Assembly: GCA_902609885.1 (NCBI GenBank)
Contig: CACLTT010000005.1
Span: 15,476 to 79,475, forward strand
Length of the DNA stretch: 64,000 nucleotides
Source: an uncultured Candidatus Hydrogenedens sp.
GTDB lineage: Bacteria; Desulfobacterota_D; UBA1144
Direction: 5' to 3'
Part shown: piece after piece, positions 57,295 to 64,000 of the stretch
How the letters are laid out: every line of letters starts with the position of its first letter
Position numbering within the stretch: position 1 is the first letter of the stretch
The notes under the pieces: generated by a model
The model's database searches: none
Seen by the model: the letters and a program-made list of their open reading frames with translations, nothing else
What the model was told of the DNA's origin: nothing
Position numbers and translations under genes: made by a program

Positions 57295-58247
57295 TAAATC
57301 TTCTCTAATTTTTCTCTTAAGCTAAATAATTGACTTTCGGCTCGGAACGAACTTCTAACCATCGGTCCACAATCAGCTATAACGATATTACTATTTTCTT
57401 CTGCATATTCTTTGAATTCCTGGAATTCTTGAAGTGAATAATATTTCTTTACTTTTATATGTTCAGGTGTAGGTTGCAGATACTGACCTATATTGATAAT
57501 TTTGCACCCTGAAAATGAAAGATCCTTGATACATTCTTTGACTTCATCGCAACTTTCTCCCAAGCCAATCATAATTCCAGACTTGGTAACTATTTTTGAA
57601 TTTTCAGAAAAATACTTTAAAAGATTTAATGAACGCTGATAATCTGCCTGGGGTCTTACAGCTCTATTTTTATCAAGACTTGTACTTTGTTTGTGCTTGT
57701 AAAGCCTATTAACAGTTTCTATATTATGATTCAGAACATCAGGATCTGATTGAATAATTAAATCATATGCTTCTTTTTTACCTAGAAAATCTGGGATTAA
57801 AGCTTCAATATCTAAATCTAAATTTAATTTTCTAATTTCTTTAATAGATTGAGAAAATATACGGGCACTTTCAATATTTTTATCATCTCTATTGACCGAG
57901 GTGATGACAATATGTTCTATATTGTTATTATTTAATTTAAGGTTTTCTATCCCTCTTGCCAATCTTTTTGGCTCTAGATGGTCTATAGATCCCCCAAATC
58001 CAGTTTTGACCGCACAGAATCCACAGCTCCTGGTACAAGTATCACCAAGAATCATAAAAGTTAAGGTTCCTTTGCTCCAGCATTCACCTAAATTTGGACA
58101 TTTTGCTTCCTCACATACTGTGTGAAGATTATTTTTTTTAGTTAATTTTTTTAAATTTATATAATCTTTCCCAGAAGGGATTTTTGATTTTATCCATTTT
58201 GGCTTATTGATCAATTTTTTCAACCTTTTCACTCTTGGAACTTTCAA
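57294..58247 (-). CDS. lipA: lipoyl synthase
   Basis: 317 aa with CEEAKCPNLGECW and the radical-SAM motif CTRSCGFCAV. The start is uncertain, since several TTG and GTG codons lie between 58214 and 58247. Confidence 0.93.
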   Translation of the reverse strand: MKVPRVKRLKKLINKPKWIKSKIPSGKDYINLKKLTKKNNLHTVCEEAKCPNLGECWSKGTLTFMILGDTCTRSCGFCAVKTGFGGSIDHLEPKRLARGIENLKLNNNNIEHIVITSVNRDDKNIESARIFSQSIKEIRKLNLDLDIEALIPDFLGKKEAYDLIIQSDPDVLNHNIETVNRLYKHKQSTSLDKNRAVRPQADYQRSLNLLKYFSENSKIVTKSGIMIGLGESCDEVKECIKDLSFSGCKIINIGQYLQPTPEHIKVKKYYSLQEFQEFKEYAEENSNIVIADCGPMVRSSFRAESQLFSLREKLEKI

Positions 58248-58506
58248 GCGAAACTATTTTTTTCTGTAACTCACCAATTTTAATACTTTTTTTAATAGTT
58301 CCTAAACCAATAGATATAATACATACTAGGAAACCTAGTATAAAAGAAGAAGCAATAAGTATTGAATTGGGGACTGATTTTTCTCCAAGCTTATAAAAGA
58401 AAAAATCTAAATAAATTGTATATTCTTCTAAAAATATTAGCTGATTTTGAAATACAAAAACTAAACTCACAATAAAAAGTAATGATATAAAAACTGCCCT
58501 GACCAT
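58204..58506 (-). CDS. LapA-domain (DUF1049-like) small inner-membrane protein
   Basis: 100 aa. Two TM helices separated by a short loop, then a charged helical tail (IGELQKKIVSLESSKSEKVEK). Confidence 0.45.
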   Translation of the reverse strand: MVRAVFISLLFIVSLVFVFQNQLIFLEEYTIYLDFFFYKLGEKSVPNSILIASSFILGFLVCIISIGLGTIKKSIKIGELQKKIVSLESSKSEKVEKIDQ

Positions 58507-58534
58507 TATTAGAGGAGTTTAACACATTTATATA

Positions 58535-59368
58535 TTAGGGGGTATATAAGTAGAGCATTTTTTTAAATAATATTGATTCTAAACTATTAATTTTAAGTGT
58601 TTCAGGGATAATTTTATCTATAAGATTTCCCTCTTTCTTAGGAAAAATATCCAATTCCATGTCGCCTTCGCCAACTTTATTTAAAACGAATTTCTTTGCC
58701 TTCGATAAACCACCAATGTAATCAACCAATTTTAGTTCTTTAGCTTTTTCTCCAGAGAAAATTTGCCCTTGAGAAACGAGCTCTGTTTCCTGATTACTTA
58801 GCTTTCTTTCCATTTGAACTATATTCTTAAATTGCTGATGAATATCTTTCAAGAGTTTATTGAGCAAGCTTTTTTCATTTTCACTGAGTGCCCTCGTAGG
58901 AGTACCAGAATCCTTATAATCACCACTTTTTAGAATTTCAACGTTAAACTTGAGAAATTCTAATAATTTTGAGGCATCATAATACTGACTTATAACACCA
59001 ATACTTCCTGTTATGGATCCAGAATTAGCAAAAATAGTCTCAGCCCCACATGCTATTAAATATCCACCAGATGCCCCTACATCAATAATACTTGCAACCA
59101 CAGGAATTTTTTTCTGAATTTCTTTTAGCGACTCATAAATTTCTTGTGATGATCCTACTGTGCCTCCAGGAGAATCAATTCTAACGATTAAACCTTTAAT
59201 CTTAGTATCTTTTGAAATGTTATTAATAGATTTAAGATAATTTTTTGGATTATCAATAACACCATTTATCTCAAGAACTGCAATTCTATTAGAATCTAAG
59301 AAGTTACTAGATGAACTTAATATAAATAATAATAATATTATCCCAACTATAATATATTTTAATTTCAT
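58535..59368 (-). CDS. sppA: signal peptide peptidase SppA (36K type, S49 family)
   Basis: 277 aa. N-terminal TM helix, RIDSPGGTV, GASGGYLIA and GSITGSIGV. Confidence 0.88.
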   Translation of the reverse strand: MKLKYIIVGIILLLFILSSSSNFLDSNRIAVLEINGVIDNPKNYLKSINNISKDTKIKGLIVRIDSPGGTVGSSQEIYESLKEIQKKIPVVASIIDVGASGGYLIACGAETIFANSGSITGSIGVISQYYDASKLLEFLKFNVEILKSGDYKDSGTPTRALSENEKSLLNKLLKDIHQQFKNIVQMERKLSNQETELVSQGQIFSGEKAKELKLVDYIGGLSKAKKFVLNKVGEGDMELDIFPKKEGNLIDKIIPETLKINSLESILFKKMLYLYTP

Positions 59369-60969
59369 AATATCTTAATTTTGTCTTTAAAAACATCTCC
59401 TAATTTTGAATTATATTCACCTTGAGACTTCTTAAAATCTTTAATTTGATTTTTTTCTATGCGTTTTTCAAATTTTATATTATTCAAAAATATTAGCTTT
59501 TTTTTATCATCAAATTTATCTATAATTCCAGATATTTTATTAGTTTTTTTTAAATTTTCCAGCGCATTTTCACTTACTAGTTTAAATGGAAAAAAAGCCT
59601 TACAACCTTGATAAGTATCTATGATAATATTCTCTTTATCTATTTCTAAAATATCAACATCTTCTAATATTGTATTTATTTTAAATTTATTTTTAAAAGT
59701 TAACCAAGGGTTGTTTGTGAGATTTTTTATACTGACCCTCAAGGTATCTTTCTTATTAGATAATCTGATTAATCTGCATTCATAGAGCTTATTTAAATTC
59801 AAATTATTTTCATCATTACTCCATGAAATATCATCTTTATTTATAATTACGTTTAATCCTTGAATACTTTTTCCAATATAATCTTTTCCAATATCTTTTG
59901 TGAATTTTGCAGAAATTTTTTCGCTTTTATTGGCATTATAAAAAAGTTCTTCATCACTAGGTATACAATTTTTTATAGATCCTAGGATCTTCTTTTCTGA
60001 CTCATTTACATTTGTAATATTAAAATTTACAAAATCATTTACTTTAAAATCTTTAACTTTATATTTTTTCCATGAACACTCTTTGCTAGGAATATAAATA
60101 TCAAAGATTTTATTATATTCTACAAATATTCCAAAGTCTTTAATGGCTATAATTTTTCCATTTAATTCTATTAGATTATTTTTGGCATTTATTAGTTCGG
60201 GCCATGGATTTTTTAAAGAATTAATTTGAAGTTTATTTGTTTTGTTTCCATTGCTAGATTTAATTAAATCAAATAAGTGGATAGAATTCTTTTTAAAAAT
60301 ATTATTTAAGTTTTTTTTATTAGAATATGTAATATTTTCTCTATCAATATCTATCTCAAGATTCATAAAATTAACTACTATTTTATTATTTTTAATTTCT
60401 GTTATTTTCGCGGATATCTCTTTAATATTATTATTTTCGATATATTCTAAAAATTTTAGTTTATAGGTATTTTTTAATTTATTAATAGAAAGAATATATT
60501 CATTTTCCAGACTTATTATCTGACTTTTTATTGTTTGATTTTTTTTGTAAAAATTATTAAACAATTCATCACTCATTTCACTTATTGGGATCTTACCTTG
60601 TATGAAATTTTTCTCTCCCAAATTAACTAGGATATGATCATCTTTCTTTGCAATAAATTTTGCATTTATAAAATCATTGTTTTTAAATTTTGCTTCCAAA
60701 GATTTAATTTCTAAACTTCTTTTGATATTTAATGTTGAAAGTATGGGAAAAGAAAAAGATTCATCTTTAAATTCTGCTCTAAACTTAATATTTATATTTA
60801 AATTCTTTATTTCTTCATTAGTAAATTCGGTTATTTTTATTCTTCCCTCTGATTTGTATCCAAATTCTACATAAACAAATTCTTTATCTATCCTAGAAAA
60901 AGTACAATCAATCTCATCTCCAATCTTTGGAATACTAATTTTTATATCTTTAATATCAGGCTGGTTCAT
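59365..60969 (-). CDS. rpsA: 30S ribosomal protein S1 (highly divergent)
   Basis: 534 aa. Repeated S1/OB-like segments (GDEIDCTFSRIDKEFVYVEFGYKSEGRIKITEF and GKIIAIKDFGIFVEYNK). It occupies the conserved position downstream of cmk and ispH. Confidence 0.6.
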   Translation of the reverse strand: MNQPDIKDIKISIPKIGDEIDCTFSRIDKEFVYVEFGYKSEGRIKITEFTNEEIKNLNINIKFRAEFKDESFSFPILSTLNIKRSLEIKSLEAKFKNNDFINAKFIAKKDDHILVNLGEKNFIQGKIPISEMSDELFNNFYKKNQTIKSQIISLENEYILSINKLKNTYKLKFLEYIENNNIKEISAKITEIKNNKIVVNFMNLEIDIDRENITYSNKKNLNNIFKKNSIHLFDLIKSSNGNKTNKLQINSLKNPWPELINAKNNLIELNGKIIAIKDFGIFVEYNKIFDIYIPSKECSWKKYKVKDFKVNDFVNFNITNVNESEKKILGSIKNCIPSDEELFYNANKSEKISAKFTKDIGKDYIGKSIQGLNVIINKDDISWSNDENNLNLNKLYECRLIRLSNKKDTLRVSIKNLTNNPWLTFKNKFKINTILEDVDILEIDKENIIIDTYQGCKAFFPFKLVSENALENLKKTNKISGIIDKFDDKKKLIFLNNIKFEKRIEKNQIKDFKKSQGEYNSKLGDVFKDKIKIL

Positions 60970-61814
60970 TAATTTACCATCATAAGTTTATCTATAGCTT
61001 CTTTTATTATCCATGGAGGCGTAGAGGCTCCTGCACTAATACCTATTATTTTATTTTTAAAATCAATTTCAAGCTGTTTGAGTTGATCATATGTTTCGAC
61101 TTGATATGTTAGAGGATTGACCTCTTTACATATCTTAGCAATTTCTTTAGTATTAGAGCTATTTCTTCCGCCAATAACAATCATTACATCAACATCTTTA
61201 GCTATTTCTTTTGCCTCGACTTGTTTATTGTGGATATCGTCACACAATGTATCAATAACTTTAAGATCTAATTTATTAATTGTTTTTAACTTATTTACAA
61301 CGCTCCAGAAGTTTTCTACCGGAATAGTTGTTTGAGCTACAACTCCTATCTTATTAAATCTCTTTATCAGATCATCAATTTCATTAACTGATTTTATGAT
61401 TGATATATTATTTTTCCCATAGCTCTTAGCTCCAATAATTTCTGGGTGATTTTTGTCGCCAACTATAATCACATGATATCCATCTTCAGTTAAAGCTTTA
61501 ATTGCAAATTGTAACCTCTTTACGATTGGACAAGTCATATCAATCAATTCAGAATCAGTTTCGCCTAAACTAGATTCCTCTTCAACTGTAATTCCATGAG
61601 CTCTAATAATTATTTTTCCATTTTTATTTTCAATTTTATTTATTACTTCAAGCCCATTTTTTTCAAGTTTTTCTATACTTTGGGGGTTGTGAATAAGTGG
61701 TCCATAGGAATATACTTTTTTATTTTTAAGTAATTCCTTCTCGGCAGTCGAAACGGCATTTTCAACACCGAAACAAACACCCGCACTATCCGCCAAAATG
61801 ATTTTTACAGCCAC
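60969..61814 (-). CDS. ispH: 4-hydroxy-3-methylbut-2-enyl diphosphate reductase
   Basis: 281 aa. The three cluster cysteines appear in their typical contexts (SAGVCFGV, DMTCPIV, DTLCDD), together with GPLIHNP. Confidence 0.93.
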   Translation of the reverse strand: MAVKIILADSAGVCFGVENAVSTAEKELLKNKKVYSYGPLIHNPQSIEKLEKNGLEVINKIENKNGKIIIRAHGITVEEESSLGETDSELIDMTCPIVKRLQFAIKALTEDGYHVIIVGDKNHPEIIGAKSYGKNNISIIKSVNEIDDLIKRFNKIGVVAQTTIPVENFWSVVNKLKTINKLDLKVIDTLCDDIHNKQVEAKEIAKDVDVMIVIGGRNSSNTKEIAKICKEVNPLTYQVETYDQLKQLEIDFKNKIIGISAGASTPPWIIKEAIDKLMMVN

Positions 61815-62470
61815 TATCCTATCCTCTCAATGACATTATTAACTACATCATTAACTGATAAATCAGTAGTATTTATAATTATAGCATCATCCGCTGGGTG
61901 CAATGGACAGATTTTCCTTGTTTTATCAAGGGTATCTCTTTGGTTTATTTCATCAAGAATTTTTTCAGTTTTAAACTTCATGCCCAGAGTTTCGGTTAAT
62001 TGTAATGTTCTTCTATTAGCTCTTACCATTGGATCTGCATCTAGATAAAATTTATAATCAGCTTCAGGAAAAACATAAGTACCCATATCCCTGCCTTCTG
62101 TAACATAGTTTTTGTTTTTAACTAATCTTTTCTGCATCTCTCTCAAGACATTTCTAACAAGTTCAATTCCTGCATATTTTGAAGCAAGTATGGAAATTTC
62201 ATTGGTCCTTATATCTTCTGTAACATCATCTGTATTTAAAAAAACTCTATCTTCACCCTCTTCATTAGTTACAAATTGTATATGTATATCAATTAAAAGT
62301 TTTTTTAATTTTAAATCATCATTTTCTTTTATATTATTAAGATCTGCGTAAAGCGCCAAAGCTCTGTACATAGCCCCAGAGTCTAAATAATTAAAATTAA
62401 GCTTTGATGATACGGCTCGTGCAACAGTTCCTTTACCGACACCAGAAGGACCATCAATAGTTATCAACAT
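61814..62470 (-). CDS. cmk: cytidylate kinase
   Basis: 218 aa with P-loop IDGPSGVGKGT and LDSGAMYRA. Confidence 0.93.
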   Translation of the reverse strand: MLITIDGPSGVGKGTVARAVSSKLNFNYLDSGAMYRALALYADLNNIKENDDLKLKKLLIDIHIQFVTNEEGEDRVFLNTDDVTEDIRTNEISILASKYAGIELVRNVLREMQKRLVKNKNYVTEGRDMGTYVFPEADYKFYLDADPMVRANRRTLQLTETLGMKFKTEKILDEINQRDTLDKTRKICPLHPADDAIIINTTDLSVNDVVNNVIERIG

Positions 62471-62472
62471 AA

Positions 62473-63762
62473 TTATGAATTCCTTCCATATTTTTCAAAT
62501 ATTTCATAAAATTGAGGGAAAGAAATTTTGACACAACCAGAGTTTAAAATTCTGACATCTTTTATACATTTGGTTGATGCTATGGCTAACATCATGGCAA
62601 TCCTGTGATCATCGTGACTATCGACTTCACCATGAGTTAAAGCTTCTTTACCAATAATTTTAATATTATCATTATTTTCAGAAATATTTGCGCCCAACTT
62701 GCTGAGTTCGCTAATAATTGTATTAATTCTATCAGACTCTTTGAATCTCAGCTCAGTAGCACCATAAATATTTGATTCTCCCTCAGCTAAACTCATTGCT
62801 AAAGATAAAATTGGGATTTCATCAATTATTAGAGGTATTTCTGATTCACTAATTTCGATACCTTTTAAATCACTAGATTTTACATTTATGTCTGCAACTA
62901 GTTCTCCAGAAACATTTCTTTCATTATTCATTAAAATGTTGGCGCCCATATCCTTCAATATATCAATAAACTTAATTCGGGTTGGGTTAATACAAATATT
63001 TTTTAAAAGAATATCTGAATTATTATTTATTAGAGCACCAACAATAAAAAAAGCCGCGCTAGAGGGATCATTGGGAACTTCAATCTGATCATTAATTATT
63101 TTTGGATCTGGAATGATGGTTAGGCAATCTTGTTCAATAATTATGTTTTCTGTAAAATAATTCAGCATTATTTCAGTGTGATCTCTAGTAACTTTTTCTA
63201 TATTTATTTTAAGCTCCGCGTTTCCTGATAAAGCTGCAAGGATTACAGCTGATTTAACTTGCGCAGACGGTGTAGAAAGGTTAATAGTTCCTCCATTAAT
63301 TGCCGATGGAAAAATATCAACAGGCATTCTGCCACTATTTGTTTCGATTTTTGCACCAATTTCTTGTAAAGGCTCTCTTACTCTATCCATAGGTCTTTTT
63401 TTTAAAGACTCGTCACCATCAAGGCGAGTTGAAAATTTTTGACCAGATAAAAGACCAGTCAAAAGTCTAGCGGTTGTTCCAGAATTTCTACAATCAATTG
63501 TTTCGGGTGATTGTATGTACTCCCTTATACCAGTTCCACGAGTAAATATTTTTCCATTATTTTCAGCAAACATTACTCCAATTGATCCTACGGAATACAT
63601 AGTAGTTTTTACATCATCAGAAAGTAATAAATTATTAATTTTTGTCATTTCTTTGTTGAACGTAGATAAAATAACAGCCCTATGTGATATGGATTTATCG
63701 GGGGGAATTGGAATTTCACCATTAAAGTTAAAATTTGAATGACTAATTAAATATTCAGACAT
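62473..63762 (-). CDS. aroA: 3-phosphoshikimate 1-carboxyvinyltransferase (EPSP synthase)
   Basis: About 429 aa from ATG 63762 (the track ORF starts at TTG 63774). Motifs PPDKSISHRAVILS, NSGTTARLL and DHRIAMM. Confidence 0.93.
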   Translation of the reverse strand: MSEYLISHSNFNFNGEIPIPPDKSISHRAVILSTFNKEMTKINNLLLSDDVKTTMYSVGSIGVMFAENNGKIFTRGTGIREYIQSPETIDCRNSGTTARLLTGLLSGQKFSTRLDGDESLKKRPMDRVREPLQEIGAKIETNSGRMPVDIFPSAINGGTINLSTPSAQVKSAVILAALSGNAELKINIEKVTRDHTEIMLNYFTENIIIEQDCLTIIPDPKIINDQIEVPNDPSSAAFFIVGALINNNSDILLKNICINPTRIKFIDILKDMGANILMNNERNVSGELVADINVKSSDLKGIEISESEIPLIIDEIPILSLAMSLAEGESNIYGATELRFKESDRINTIISELSKLGANISENNDNIKIIGKEALTHGEVDSHDDHRIAMMLAIASTKCIKDVRILNSGCVKISFPQFYEIFEKYGRNS

Positions 63763-63801
63763 TTGAACCCTCAATTAGATATAATAACCTTAATAGTTAA
63801 A

Positions 63802-64000
63802 ATGAGTAGGCCTTCGAAAAAAATAGAAAAAATTTTAATCATTGGAATTGGTGGCGGAGCAGATATTGTTGGAACAATTCCACTTAAAATTCATATGGAA
63901 AAAAAAGGAATCCAATGTTTTCTTGCAGGTTTGCCATGGGAAAGATATACAATTGATCCTTATCCTGGCCCTAGAACTTTTGAATCTATATGTAATATGA
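63802..64000 (+). CDS. DUF1152-like protein (partial; continues beyond window end)
   Basis: Not in the track because it is edge-truncated. The ATG at 63802 gives MSRPSKKIEKILIIGIGGGADIVGTIPLKIHMEKKGIQCFLAGLPWERYTIDPYPGPRTFE. The GxGGGxD plus WER..DP.PGP pattern is how I remember the DUF1152 family. Confidence 0.4.
   Translation, partial: MSRPSKKIEKILIIGIGGGADIVGTIPLKIHMEKKGIQCFLAGLPWERYTIDPYPGPRTFESICNM

Noticed and set aside
1-64000. Search for tRNA/rRNA genes, riboswitches (TPP before thiE, FMN before ribD/ribF, purine before purH), CRISPR repeats, IS elements and toxin-antitoxin or defence genes
   Set aside because: I saw no tRNA-like T-arm motifs, no spaced repeat arrays and no transposase or integrase ORFs. 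thiE, ribD and ribF abut or overlap upstream genes, which leaves no leader for a riboswitch. This was an eye scan only, and a covariance-model scan could still find small RNAs.

Overview
AT-rich (about 30% GC by eye), tightly packed chromosomal segment from a diderm bacterium with a streamlined genome. It is almost entirely housekeeping genes. I found no tRNA or rRNA genes, CRISPR arrays, transposases, integrases or recognisable defence systems. Contents, in order: (1) the 5' 1038 codons of dnaE on the minus strand, absent from the ORF track because it runs off the window; (2) ftsY-ribD-nadD-rsfS; (3) a complete 15-gene dcw cluster on the minus strand (mraZ-rsmH-ftsL-ftsI-murE-murF-mraY-murD-ftsW-murG-murC-murB-ftsQ-ftsA-ftsZ) with no ddl; (4) an MBL-fold hydrolase, murJ, aroQ, recJ, an OMP, trkAH, ribF, aroE, thrC and thiE; (5) a deoxyhypusine-synthase homologue, an aminotransferase and an M48 lipoprotein peptidase; (6) a phosphate-type locus (PiT-like carrier, PhoR/PhoB-like pair, OprO/P-like porin); (7) an FAD oxidase, a strongly signalled 526-aa outer-membrane protein, TolC and purH; (8) a murQ-anmK-nagZ-SSS transporter operon; (9) erpA, an M24 peptidase, mazG, an archaeal-type PGM-like gene, lipA, a LapA-like protein and sppA-rpsA-ispH-cmk-aroA; (10) the start of a DUF1152-like gene. 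No clearly novel multi-gene system is visible. The most interesting signals are regulatory or recoding: two 11-bp-phased TTAAC(A/T) repeat arrays flanking the PhoBR-like pair, a near-consensus promoter followed by three 10-bp-phased repeats upstream of mraZ, a frameshift in nadD at an A9 tract, and a murJ with no canonical start codon.
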